A DNA stretch of 64,000 nt from Octopus sinensis. Lineage: Eukaryota. The position numbers were made by a program, and so were the translations under genes. Under the pieces are notes generated by a model that was not told the DNA's origin, did not search any database, and saw nothing but the letters and a program-made list of their open reading frames with translations. Positions within the stretch are counted from its first letter, which is position 1; each line of letters opens with the position of its first letter. The stretch lies in contig NC_043000.1 of the NCBI RefSeq assembly GCF_006345805.1, forward strand, positions 56,482,001 through 56,546,000. The letters run 5' to 3'. Of the stretch, positions 12,338 to 25,392 are shown piece by piece.

Positions 12338-13141
12338 TTAATGTTTTCATACAAACTTTCCCTCAAAACTTTGTGTTAGTTTGTGTTCCATTGCACAAAT
12401 TTATTTTACCAAATTCTTCATTAATTTCAAACTTAATTGAAAAAAAAAAGGTGGTGCATTTCAATATAAATTTGGTAACAGAAAAAAACGAACACATTGG
12501 ATAATGTAGTTCTAGATATGTTTTGTCTGAATAAAGATGGATTAACATGTTTAACATGAGTGAAATCTGTTGGGGCTGAACAACAATCACAGTAACAACA
12601 TCAACAACCAGAGTAGCAACAGCAACACCAACAACAATAGTTACATCCTACACTAATACTACCACTAGTACCATCACCACCACCACCATCACTACAATTA
12701 CTACCACCATCACCACAACTACCACCACCATCACTACTACCAGCACCATCATCATCACTGCTATAACTACTACTACTACTTCTACTAAAGTAAGCAACGA
12801 GAAGGTGAAACAAATTCTGTGCAATGCCAAAAGAAAAAGAATGAAGTCTATTTTCAGATGCACAACAGAGGGAAAAAAAATGGTTGAGAGTAAAAAGTGT
12901 TGTTGGATGGTCGAAGATGTCACTGACAGGCACTTGTCAGCAAATTAGACAAGGTAATTGCTATGGTTGTGTTTCATTCACTTTGAGATGTGACCTTGCA
13001 ATAAAGATTTCAAAAATATGAAAGAGAGCATGACACTTGTCATTCTCTGTTATTGTATAACAAAGACAGTTAGTGTGTTTTCCAGATTCTCAGATTGGCT
13101 GAGGAATCACTGCCTCACTCCCTACATGGTATCACTCCAAC

Positions 13142-13595
13142 TCACACACACACACACACACACACAAGAGATTCAGTTGTGCTTATTTTGATTACATATA
13201 TATATACACACACACATACATACATAAATATATATATACATATATATATATACACATAAACATATACATAGATATATACATATATATATTCACACATATA
13301 TATACATATGTATATATACATACATATATACATATATATATATACACATATATATGTACATATATACATACATACACATGTATATATGTATGTATGTGAA
13401 ACTAATACACCTGTTTGTTGTTTATATACCTGTCTTCATCATCTGTTTTTCTTTGTAAATTCCAACTGTATATATAAACATACATATATACACACATATA
13501 TATATACATGCATACATATATACATATAAATATGCATATATACATATGTATATATACATACATATATACATATAAATATGCATATATACATACAT

Positions 13596-13651
<56 letters not shown>

Positions 13652-13831
13652 GTGCGTGTGTGTATATATATATATACATATATATATAATATATATATAT
13701 ATATATTATATATATATATATATATACATATGTGCGTGTGTGTATATATATATATACATGTATACATATGTACATATACATGCATTATATATATATATAT
13801 ATATACACACACATACATGTATACATAATAC

Positions 13832-13898
<67 letters not shown>
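13142..13898. repeat. Compound (CA)/(TA)/(TACA) microsatellite field
   Basis: Direct inspection; the source of many YIYI-type spurious ORFs. Confidence 0.97.
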
Positions 13899-13901
<3 letters not shown>

Positions 13902-14056
13902 GCACAGGAGTGTGTGTATGGTAAAAAGCTTGCTTCAAAACCACATGGTTGCAGGTTCAGTCCCACTCAGTGGCACCCTTGTAAGTGTCTTCTACTATAG
14001 CCTTAGGCTGACCAAAGCCTTGTGAGTGGTAGACAGAAACTGAAAGAAGCCTGTTG
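13898..14056 (+). mobile_element. SINE family A 5' half
   Basis: caggcacaggagtgtgtgtatggtaaaaagcttgc...ctgaaagaagcc. Confidence 0.8.
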
Positions 14057-14084
14057 TATATATATATATATATATATATATGGA

Positions 14085-14264
14085 AAACACAACTCAGGAG
14101 GCGAGTATGTGGTGTTGTTTTGCATTTATAATGGGATAAAATATATACAAATTAGAAAAATAATAAAAAACATTATACAGTACAGTAGTCTTTCTACTTT
14201 GCAGATTTTCACCTATTGCAGGGTCTTTTGGAATGCAACACCCACAATAGGTGAGCGATTACTG
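14085..14264 (-). mobile_element. pogo/Tigger-like MITE fragment
   Basis: Reverse complement of 36514-36670 (tctactttgcagattttcacctatt); ends gattactg followed by TA. Confidence 0.7.
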
Positions 14265-14324
14265 TATAGTATATGTATATACATAGATATATCTTTTACC
14301 TTTCTCATAAGCGCTCAATGTACA

Positions 14325-14640
14325 CAAACCACCAAAATCAAACCATTATGCTCATGCAGAGATAGATCCACTTGCCCTCTGGATAACCAATGTGTGACTG
14401 AGAATGTCATATACAAGTTCACTATAAACACTTGAGGAGGCCCCTACGTATATATTGGGGCATCAGCTGATTTTTTCAAAACTCAATAAAGCAATCACAC
14501 TACGAACTTCCGAAATATCCTCAAACAACATGTAACATCACTATCCAAATTTATCTGGTGACTTAGGGAAGCAAAGACAAAATATGACTTTACATGGTCC
14601 ACACTTAGACATGCAAGTATATATACATGTATATGGATCT
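14325..14640 (+). mobile_element. Penelope-like element GIY-YIG endonuclease fragment
   Basis: CSCRDRSTCPLDNQCVTENVIYKFTINT*GGPYVYIGASADFFKTQ*SNHTTNF...TSLSKFIW matches the PLE CxC..CPL..C...VIY...YIG...FK.R..NH...F...LSK.IW signature; in-frame stops are present. Confidence 0.85.
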
Positions 14641-14870
14641 AGATGGCAAGATCATATGTCAAATATTGGGTATTCAAATATGGTTCCTGAAGTTCATATG
14701 TATTAAAAGTTGTGGGCACCATGTATATATCAAGTTATGTATGGTCTGGACTGTAGTGTGTAAATGTGTGTTCAGCTGTGTTTAGGCATCTGGGTAATTG
14801 TTCAATGAATTTATTTATAATGCACTCCTTTGTCAGCATTATCGAGAGTGACTCCTCAGAGCATAATGCC

Positions 14871-15084
14871 AAACACAAACATATATACACACATACATAT
14901 CTCTATATACATATACATATATACGACGGGCTTCTTTCAGTTTCTGTCTATCAAATCCACTCATATGGCTTTGGTTGGCCCGAGGCTATAGTAGAAGACA
15001 CTTGCCCAAGGTGCCATGCAGTTGGACTGAACCCAGAACCATGTAGCTCGTAAGCAAGCTACTTACCACACAGCCACTCCTACG
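14871..15084 (-). mobile_element. SINE family A 5' half
   Basis: gacgggcttctttcagtttctgtc...ttaccacacagccactcc. Confidence 0.85.
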
Positions 15085-15204
15085 AATATTTTTTTGCGGT
15101 TTTAGGCTTCTACTGTCATTTTTAGCATGTAAGAAATCAACATGGTAGTTTTCTCTTCATGTATGTTTCATACACTATTATATATACATACATACATACA
15201 TATA

Positions 15205-15367
15205 TATGACAGGCTTCTTTCAGTTTCCATTTCCCAAATTCACTCACAAGTCTTTGGATGTCCTGAGGCAATAGTACTTGCACTTGCCCAAGGGGCCATG
15301 CACTGGGACTGAACCCAGAACCTTGTGGATGGAAAGCAAACTTCATACCACAGCCATGCCTGCACCT
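15205..15367 (-). mobile_element. SINE family A 5' half, diverged
   Basis: gacaggcttctttcagtttcc...cacagccatgcctgcacct. Confidence 0.75.
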
Positions 15368-16330
15368 GTGTGTGTGCGTGAGTGCACATATATGAGCACA
15401 TACACACACACATATGTGTTCATATGTATTTTATATATCAATAAATATGTGTGTGTGTGTGTGTGTTGGGGGTATGGGCAAGTGTGTATATGTGTGTTTA
15501 TCATATCAAATACAGGTACAAAGATATATATATATATATATGTATGAGAAATGGTTATTGAAAATTCTTTCTCTATACTTATTTCAATGTGGTATCTACC
15601 TATACCTTCACAGCCATTCTATTTGATATTGCTTTGCACAGTATGACATCTACTTACACTTGTCTAAGTTACACCAATGCAGGAGGGATATATTAAAAGA
15701 TTGGCAACTATTATACAGCCTAGAAAATTTCTAAAAGTAAATTTGTTACTCCTGGCTGAGATTGTGTATTATAGTTTGTTATTGTAGCTTTGTTGTTGTT
15801 GTTGTTTTTGATGGTGGCATGGTGAAGTGGCTGTTTATGGAGAAAGCGACTAAATTCTTATTTCTATACAACTCAGTTTAGTGAGACACTGGCATTAATG
15901 CATTATTTTCTTTACCTATTTTCTTTTTCAAAATTTTCTAATCGATTCTATAATTTATAGAGTTAAAGACTTGATCAGTACATTACATATACATATGTGA
16001 GTGTGTATGCCTGGTTCTGCAGATGTTGTAAGGGCATGCAAGTGAGACAGAAAAAGCTATACTTTAACGTATTCATGCATATTACAGTTTGTGTGCTAGT
16101 CTTTGTCTTTGTGTGCTTACATGTAACTATATAGAATTGGGTGAGCAAGTGTTTTAACTTCAGATGTGCATGTATATTAAGGTGTGTATGTGTGTGTATG
16201 CATTATATGTGCATGTGTACATGCACATATATGTGTATGTGAGTGTTTGCTCTTTAAGTCCTCATTAGAACCATTGAACAAGGGAAGCTAAACAAAAGAG
16301 TTCCATAGTGTCAATTTCAACATATGGATA

Positions 16331-16481
16331 CTAAGCATGGCTGTGTGGTAAGAAGCTTGCTTCCCAAGCACATGGTTCAGGATTAAGTCCCACTGCATGA
16401 CAATTTGCGCAGGTGTCTTCTATAGCCTCAGGCTGACCAAAGCCTTGTGAGTGGATTTGATAACAGAAACTGAAAAAAGCA

Positions 16482-16512
<31 letters not shown>

Positions 16513-16750
16513 AGAATGTGTGTGTGTGTGTGTGTGAGTATGTGTGCATGTTTGCTACCCCAGCACTGCCTGACAACCAGTGTTGGTATGTTTATGTCCC
16601 CATAAACTACCCGTTCAGCAAAAGAGACTGACAGAATAAGTACCAGGTGTTAAAAGCAAATGAGTACTGGGGTTGATGTATTTGACTAAAAATTCTTGGT
16701 ACCCCAGCATGGCCACAGGTTAATGATTGAAGCAAATAAATGGTAAAAGA
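16331..16750 (+). mobile_element. SINE family A, full length, diverged
   Basis: gcatggctgtgtggtaagaagcttgc head through to ccagcatggccacaggttaatgattgaagcaaataa. Confidence 0.85.
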
Positions 16751-17699
16751 TAAAGATGAAAACACAGGTGGGGATCGGTGAGAGGAGGAGCATCAAGAGA
16801 AGAAAATTTTGCTTCATGTAACCTATACCAACATGGAAAAATGGCTGTAATACACACATATACACACATATCCAGCTGTAAATTACTGCCAGAGAAAATC
16901 CATCCAAACATCCAATCTGATGCCAACATGGGAAAGCAGGCATAAAGACAATGACAATGATGATGATTATGAAGAGCAGGTGGAAGAAGACAGGGAGAAG
17001 ATTGGAGGATGAAGAGGAGACAGGAAGAGAAGAAGGGATAGAAAAAAGATGAGATGGTGATGGTGTCAGTGGTCATCATTACCATCGTGGTCATAGTGGT
17101 AGTGGTGGAAGAGAGCGAGGAAGGGGACTCTCAGAGAATGTGAAGGAAAAAAAGTCAGCCAGATAGAATTGGAATGCAAAATATACAAAACAAAAAGCCC
17201 CACTAAACTAAATAATGCCATATAACAATCAAAATATTGCCTCATGCACTGTGCAATTTCAGCCAAAACCCCAAAACATTGAAATCATCATCATTATCAT
17301 TATCAACAGCGGCAACAGCATCCAACCGCAAAAGCAGGGCCATCACCATCATCATTGATGCAACAGCAATTTACTTATACATTTATTTAGGGGGGTTTTT
17401 TTGTTGTTTTTTTTTTTTGGTTATATTTTCTTCATTTTCCATGAAAATAACATGGCATCATTATAAGTGAGGGTTGCTGGAGCAGGGAACAAACAATAAT
17501 GATAATGAGAGCGAAGCTGTTGTTGCCGTTGTTATCTGGTTCTGCAGTTTTTATCAACAGTCTTCCTCTGTTGGGGGAGCAGAAGTGGCTAAAAATAAAT
17601 CTCAGAATAATCTACAAGATGGACCTGCAGGGAAATAAACATGAACAGTGAAAATGGCTTATTGGCTACTGAAAACTGTACGTAGGAGAACAATAACAG

Positions 17700-18072
17700 A
17701 AACATATATGTGTGTGTGCATGTCTGTGTGTGTATGTGTATACATATATATATATATATATATATGTGTGTGTACATACACATATATACTGATGAGTATA
17801 CATGCGTGTGTGTGTGTGTGTGTATACGTATATATATATATATATATATGTATGTATACATACACATATATACTGATAAGTATACATGCGCGCGTGTGTG
17901 TGTGTGTGTACAGTTGCAGATACACATGCACACAACATGTCTTTACATGGAGAAGCAGATGTCAGAATGACAATGTATGTATACGTTTGTAGCAAGTATA
18001 ACAATACATGTATATATTATACACACATGCACACACAAATAACAAATGTATATATGTATATATATATATATG

Positions 18073-18125
<53 letters not shown>

Positions 18126-18488
18126 GTATGTATGTATGTATGTATGTATGTATGTATGTATGTATGTGTGTGTGTGTGCATGCACACATATATAATACAC
18201 ACACATACCAACAAACATAACCATATATGTCTTGCAGTTCATATACATTTCAGGTATATGGATACATCTTTAGGTAATACAATGAAACATATGTATGTGT
18301 GTATGTGTGTATGTGTGTATGTGTGTGTGTGCACGTGATGGTGTGGGTGTGGGTGGGTGGGTGGGTGGGTGTATTTGCATGTATATACATTGATTCCTCT
18401 CTGTGCATGAGTGTATCTGGAAGCTAATGCAAATGAATAAGAGCTGGCCAATTATGCATTTGTATAGCTATACAAGTATATATATATC

Positions 18489-18522
<34 letters not shown>

Positions 18523-18962
18523 ATACATACACAGTATAGTATGTATGTATTTATGTATGTATGTATTTCTATTTCTGCATGTGAGAATGTGCATGTGCTT
18601 ATACATGTGTGGGTGGGTGCGTATGTCTTTTAGCATATTAGTCAGTATACTGGTAAGTATGTCTACATCTTATACACGCATGTATTATGTATAGGAGCCT
18701 GTTTTGTGTGTGAGTGTATGCATAAGTGATTTTTATCTGTAAATTTGTCTGAATATATGTTCCCACACAGATATGGGTGTGTGTATATATATAGACATAC
18801 GCATAAGTGTGCTTGTATGTTTGTATCACTACACATCATGCACATCTGTTAGTACAGATGTGTATGTATGTGTGTGTATATGTATGTTTATGTATCTCTC
18901 TCTCTCTCTCTCTATGCATATGTATATATATGTATATATATATATGTGTATATATATATATG

Positions 18963-19037
<75 letters not shown>

Positions 19038-19302
19038 GTCTGTACATATGTGTATGTGATGTGTTGCATGCATACTTGATAGAATTTTTGATTCTTTCCT
19101 GAAGGGATTGATTCTTCTCAGAGATAACCAGTTTGGAACTGCAGTGCCTAATTATTTATGAAATGTACAAATAAGCACACATGCACACACACACACACAC
19201 ACACACACACAACACACACACACAAACACTTACACATGCACACACATGGACACAAACGTTCTTGTCTGTCTGTACGTAGGTATGCATCTTAGTATATATA
19301 CT

Positions 19303-19339
<37 letters not shown>

Positions 19340-19449
19340 CATACATACATACATATATGTACACACACATATAATATATACACATATTCACACACACATA
19401 TACACAGATGCATATATATTTATATATATATATATATATACACATACAT

Positions 19450-19484
<35 letters not shown>

Positions 19485-19521
19485 TAGATTCATGCATACA
19501 TGCACATATACATCGATCAGC

Positions 19522-19558
<37 letters not shown>

Positions 19559-19578
19559 ATATGTATGTATGTATATAT

Positions 19579-19609
<31 letters not shown>

Positions 19610-19675
19610 AGTATATATACTAAGATGCATACCTACGTACAGACATGTATGTAGATGAATGTATGTATACATACA

Positions 19676-19711
<36 letters not shown>

Positions 19712-19750
19712 TATGTATATATATGTATATTATATATTATATATATATAG

Positions 19751-19828
<78 letters not shown>

Positions 19829-20155
19829 TGTATGTATACATACATTCATCTACATTACACACACATATTCCACATAACTGTTTATATCAGTATATATAAA
19901 TCTCTCTCCCTATTTATCTTTTTACACACACACACACACGTGCACATGCAGATATCCAAACAGACAAACAGACAGACTGACCCGTACCTATACATACGAA
20001 AGATTGTGTGTAGAAATATGGAATTTATCTGATAGACAAAATGGTTTGCAACAGTACTAGATAATCGCATACACATACATGTATGCATACATGCACATAT
20101 CTGCACATACAAATATACAGATAACTTCTTATATACACACACACACACATACACA
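17700..20155. repeat. 2.4-kb compound microsatellite field with local direct and inverted duplications
   Basis: (TG)n, (TA)n, (TATG)n, (CT)n and (GGGT)n; see findings for the fold-backs. Confidence 0.95.
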
Positions 20156-20241
20156 ATTTACTATAAAGCATGAAATGTTCAGAATTTTGTATCCTTAACA
20201 ATTAAAATGGAAAATTCATACAACAATCTTATACAATATGC

Positions 20242-20242
<1 letters not shown>

Positions 20243-20272
<30 letters not shown>

Positions 20273-20373
20273 CATCACCATCGTCATTATTCTTATTATT
20301 ATTATTATTATTACTATTATTATTATTATCATCATCATCATCATTATTATTATTATCATTATTATTATTATTA

Positions 20374-20423
<50 letters not shown>

Positions 20424-20435
20424 GTTATTATTATT
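20243..20435. repeat. (CAT)n/(TAT)n trinucleotide array
   Basis: Direct inspection; the poly-H/Y/I/N ORFs here are artefacts. Confidence 0.97.
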
Positions 20436-20837
20436 CTCTTTACACTTTACTCTTTTATTTGTTTCAGTCATTTGACTGCGGCGATGCTGGAGCACCGCCT
20501 TTAGTTGAGCCACTCGACCTGGGACTTATTCTTTGTAAGCCCAGTACTTATTCTATCAGTCTCTTTTGCCAAACCGCTAAGTGACGGGGACGTAAACACA
20601 CCAGCATCGGTTGTCAAGCAATGCTAGGGGGACAAACACAGACACACAAACACATACACACACATACATATATATATATACATGTATACGACAGGCTTCT
20701 TTCAGTTTCCGTCTACCAAATTCACTCACAAGGCATTGGTCGGCCTGGGGCTATAACAGAAGACACTCACCCAAGATGCCACGCAGTGGGACTGAACCCT
20801 GAAACATGTGGCTGGTTAGCAAGCTACTTACCACACA
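20436..20837 (-). mobile_element. SINE family A, young
   Basis: CpGs retained (gaaccgctaagtgacggggacgtaaac-type sequence). Confidence 0.9.
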
Positions 20838-20845
20838 TTATTATT

Positions 20846-21061
20846 AGGGCGGCAAGCTGGCAGAATTGTTAGCACGAGGGGCAAAATGATTAGCAGCATT
20901 CCAACCATCCTCACGTTCTGAGTTCAAATTCCACTGAGGTCGACTTCGCCTTTCATCCTTTTGGGGTTGAAACATTAAGTATCAATGAAAGACTGGGGTC
21001 GATGTAATTGACTGGTCCCCCACAAAAAAACATTTTAGATCTTGTGCCTTTAGTAGAACGG
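20846..21061 (+). mobile_element. SINE family B (tRNA head, Meta/Sauria-like central domain), with (TTA)n tail to 21125
   Basis: agggcggcaagctggcagaattgttagc head, B-box agttcaaattcc, gtcgacttcgcctttcatccttttgggg domain. Confidence 0.85.
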
Positions 21062-21111
<50 letters not shown>

Positions 21112-21126
21112 CATCATTATTATTAC

Positions 21127-21526
21127 ACTCTTTTACTTGTTTCAGTCATTTGACTGCGGCCATGCTGGAGCACAGCCTTTAGTCGAGCAAATCAACCCTG
21201 GGACTTATTCTTTGTAAGCCCAGTACTTATTCTATCGGTCCCTTTTACCGAACCGCTAAGTGACGGGGACGTAAACACAATTGCATCAGTTGTCAAGCAA
21301 TGCTAGGGGGACAAACACAGACACACAAACACATACACACACATATATATATATATATACATATATACGACAGGCTTCTTTCAGTTTCCGTCTACCAAAT
21401 CCACTCACAAGGCATTGGTCGGCCCGCGGCTATAGCAGAAGATACTTGCCCAAGATGCCACGCAGTGGGACTGAACCCGGAACCATGTGGTTGGTTAGCA
21501 AGCTACTTACCACACAGCCACTCCTG
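21127..21526 (-). mobile_element. SINE family A, young, inserted at the TTA tail of SINE B
   Basis: Full-length match to other A copies. Confidence 0.9.
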
Positions 21527-21696
21527 TCTTTGATCAGTGTTATTTTTTATTTGCTTCTATCTAGACTCAAAGGAAATTACTATTATTCCTTTCAAACTTT
21601 GCTTTTCTGACCTGGACATCAATGTTTTGAAGCTAACCCATTTTCCATTATATTTCAGACAGATTCAGTGCTGACTTGCTGAAGCAAAAATATCAT

Positions 21697-21868
21697 TATA
21701 GCAAATATTCTGCTAAATACCACAGAACTGCTTGTCAGTTGTTTGACCTTAACCAGGTGAGTATGTCTCCAAGTGACTGACAATATGTGTATCTCTGATC
21801 ATGAGCAGAATTAGTGGGGGCAGCATCATAGCCACATGTTGAGAAGGATTCTTTAGGGTTTGAATAGA
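21697..21868 (+). mobile_element. Repeat family E internal fragment
   Basis: gcaaatattctgctaaataccacagaactgcttgtcagttgtttgaccttaacc matches 23228-23400. Confidence 0.7.
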
Positions 21869-22012
21869 TGTAACAAAAGCAGTTTGAAGGAAATAGCCAT
21901 TTTTCATATTTTCTAAGGGCAAGAAAATAGGGAAAATCAGTTGCTACTCAAGGAAAAAAATGAAATTATCCAGTGCTATTGTTATTATTATTATAAAACC
22001 TCACTTCCAAAC

Positions 22013-22237
22013 ATATTTCTTTACTACCCACAAAGGGCTAAACACAGAGAGGACAGACAAAGAGATTAAGTCGATTACATCGACCCCAGTGCGTAACTGC
22101 TACTTAATTTATCGACCCCAAAAGGATGAAAGGCAAAGTTGACCTCAGCGGATTTTGAACTCAGAACGTAACAGCAGACGAAATACAGCTACAGATTTTG
22201 TCCGGCATGCTATCGTTTCTGCCAGCTCGCAACTTAT
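22013..22237 (-). mobile_element. SINE family B with 12-bp TSD
   Basis: TSD tcacttccaaac at 22001-12 and 22238-49. Confidence 0.9.
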
Positions 22238-23061
22238 TCACTTCCAAACCATTACATTGCATGAGCCAAGTCATGTGGCCATTTTCCCTGCGAAAAATAT
22301 TAGTGAAGCCTTTAAAACACACCCTATTATCTTACAAAAGAAGGACATATTGGCTGATATAGTCATGCTGTCTCAGCAGTTTTCTTGCTGCATGGCATTC
22401 AGCAGAATAACAAGAAAGATATTTCATCAAGCCATTTTAGTACTTTAAAAGTGACATTCTGAACACCGTGGAAATATTTATCAGAACAATCCATTCTAAA
22501 GCAGAATTATCAACAATATATATAATAGAATTATCAAGTATATACATGAGAATGATCAAATATGAATCAGATAACTCAACAAAGGTGGGAATTTAATAAT
22601 AATGATTTTTAACATTGACAAAGACCAGAAATTTAGTGAGAGATAACAGGGAATTTAATTTAATCCACTTAAATTGATTTCTGATATCATATGTGTCAAC
22701 TGGGAGACTATATGTGGTCACTCTACCTCCTAGAAATAGAAGACTAATTTCTCACTAAGATCTCTTAAAAAGACAGAAGATATTGATAATGTAGTCTAGC
22801 ATATAAGATGCCTGAAAAACGGAACACATATTCAAATATATGTTTACTTGATCAGGTCTGACTTGAAACTGAATGACAACACTATTAATATATCGACAAC
22901 TTGAATTAGGAGTTAATTAATCAATTAACATGAATGATATTCAACACAGGCACAAGGACTCAAATTTTGGAGCAGGGGATTTGGGTTAGTAAGTTTGAAT
23001 TCAGAACATATGGTGTTGGAAGAAATACTGCAAGTTCATTGCAGCAGCAGCAGCAGCAATA

Positions 23062-23118
<57 letters not shown>

Positions 23119-23120
23119 TA

Positions 23121-23678
23121 AATGCCCTGATACAGTACCAGGCAGTGGCTTTCGTGGCTTCTGATCTTAACTGATTGGAAGTGTTATCATGTACGTTGTT
23201 TTGTCTTGGTATAAAAGATGGGATACAGCGAATATTCTGCTCAATACCATAGATTTGCTTGTCAGTTGTTTGACCTTAACCAGTTGAGCATGTCCCTTAG
23301 TAGCTGACAATAAGTGCATCTCTGATCATGAGCAGAAGTAGTGGAGGAGCATCGTAGCCATGTGTTGAGAGGGATTCTTTGGAGTTTGAATAATTCATCT
23401 CTGGAAACATGGGTGTTTTGTTCAACATCCTTAAACAACCCTTATTTAGGGACCTTTTGAGTGGGATGGGTTACTCGACCAGAAGAAAATTTTAACTAGG
23501 CCCCCACCTACAAGGTCATGTGCTGTTTATCTTGATATGAGATCACCATGTCATGCACATATGGTTGTGATGCATGTGCTTAGTGTACCCTTATCAGACG
23601 GATAGTCATGATGGGTATATCAGGCTTCGTATATTTTACCCCAGTGTCACTTTGTTGGCATGCACTGCTCTCTCACTC
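23121..23678 (+). mobile_element. Repeat family E, apparently complete (558 bp), between (TAA)n arrays
   Basis: Starts aatgccctgat exactly as the copy at 26311; (TAA)n at 23061-23113 and 23679-23797. Orientation is assigned arbitrarily. Confidence 0.7.
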
Positions 23679-23710
<32 letters not shown>

Positions 23711-23758
23711 TAACAATAATTATAATAATGATGATGATGATAATAATAATAATAATAT

Positions 23759-23792
<34 letters not shown>

Positions 23793-23796
23793 AATA

Positions 23797-23955
23797 ACCC
23801 TTTCGACAATAGGCACAAGGCCTGCAATTCTGATGGAAGGGACTAGTCAATTACATCAACCCCAGTGCTTCACTGGTACTTAATTTATCGACCCTAAAAG
23901 GATGAAAGGCAAAGTTGACCTCAGCGGAATTTTAACTCAGAACATAAAGATGGAC
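23797..23955 (-). mobile_element. SINE family B, 3' part
   Basis: aggcacaaggcctgcaatt...gatgaaaggcaaagttgacctcagcggaatttaactcagaac. Confidence 0.8.
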
Positions 23956-23993
23956 AAAATGTGTTAGTTTAATGATTGGGAAGAATGGAAAAA

Positions 23994-24031
23994 TCTTTGA
24001 GGTTTTGAGCCTACACTCTTCAGCAGAGAGA
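23994..24031 (-). ncRNA. Decayed minimal hammerhead-ribozyme-like motif
   Basis: Minus strand: tctct CTGCTGA A gagt-gtag-gctc AAAA c CTC aaaga. Confidence 0.35.
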
Positions 24032-24377
24032 ATTGAGAGGGGAAAAAATGGAGAGTGAATAAAAAGGGTCTTTTTTTTTTTTCAGTTATATCTCCCAAAT
24101 CCACTCACAAGGCTTTTGTCAGCTTGAGACAATCACCATCTGACAGTTCTCATGCAGTGGGACTGAAGCTTCAACTATGTGGTTCTGAAGCGAACTGCTT
24201 AACCACATGGTTGTAGTTACCATTATGGAACAGTAATACTTTCTCCATCTTTTCTTCTGACAAGACAAGTTGTTTTGTACTTTAATGGTTTGGTTTAATG
24301 TTACTAAGTGAAGGACAACCAATTACTTTAGCCTAAATACTTGTCTAGATTTGCTTTTCAATATCAATAAGCAATAT

Positions 24378-24428
<51 letters not shown>

Positions 24429-24437
24429 TATATACAC

Positions 24438-24518
<81 letters not shown>

Positions 24519-24523
24519 TATAT

Positions 24524-24574
<51 letters not shown>

Positions 24575-24926
24575 AATGCACTCAAAGAACTATTCTAAAC
24601 TATTTACAGTTTGTTCATTGATCTCTGATTAGCTGCCATTCAGTCCATAAGTCAGAGCGGGGTGTGGTGGTCATTTATATGAACTTAGAAGTGGGACATG
24701 GAATTACATTACATAGCTAATGATGTCTACTGGCACAAGCATGATTAGTTTTTCACTTAACCACTGTTGTCTTGTTGTCATGACAATTCCAAACAGAAGA
24801 AGCTGATAGAAATTACAAGAGCAATAAAAATAAAATAGCAACAATTGCAATAACAACAGCAGCAGTAATGATAATGACCAGCAAACATTATTGCTGCTGC
24901 TGCTGCTGCTAGTAATAATAATAATT

Positions 24927-25305
24927 CTTTCTACTAAAGGCACAAGGCCTGAAATTTTGGGGGTGGGGACTAGTCAATTACATTGACTCCAGTGTTTCAC
25001 TGGTACTTAATTTATTGATCTTGAAAGGATGAAAAGCAAAGTCAACCTCAGCAGAATTTGAACCCAGAATGTAAATAATTTTTTTTACTAAAGGCACAAG
25101 GTCTGAAATTTGAGAGGAGGGAGCTAGGCAATTACATTGGCTCCAGTGTTTCACTGGTACTTAATTTATCACCCCCCCCCCCCCAAAAAAAGGATGAACG
25201 GCAAAGTCAACCTTGGCAGAATTTGAACTCAGAATAAAGTGACAGGCGAAATACTGCTTAGCATTTTGCCCAGTGTGCTACTGATTCTGCCAGCTCGCCA
25301 CCTTA
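24927..25305 (-). mobile_element. Two tandem SINE family B copies (24927-25076, 25084-25305)
   Basis: Both start ctactaaaggcacaagg on the + strand; the second has a complete head ending gccagctcgccacctta. Confidence 0.82.
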
Positions 25306-25392
25306 ATGATGATGCTGATGATGATAATGATAATAATAATGATAACAACAACAACAACAACAATAATGATAATAATAATAATAATAATAATA

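Noticed and set aside
17589-17640. Minus-strand acceptor tgtttatttccctgcag
   Set aside because: Stops occur in all frames within 12 codons; it could be UTR but nothing supports that.
13142-20154. Dozens of ORFs rich in YI/CV/HT dipeptides (also at 24.3, 31.2, 41.9, 51.3 and 53 kb)
   Set aside because: They are translations of dinucleotide and tetranucleotide microsatellites that lack stop codons, not genes.
23121-23678. HDV-like or hammerhead ribozyme in element E
   Set aside because: Manual folding on both strands did not give the required P1/P1.1/P3 or CUGANGA-GAAA arrangement.
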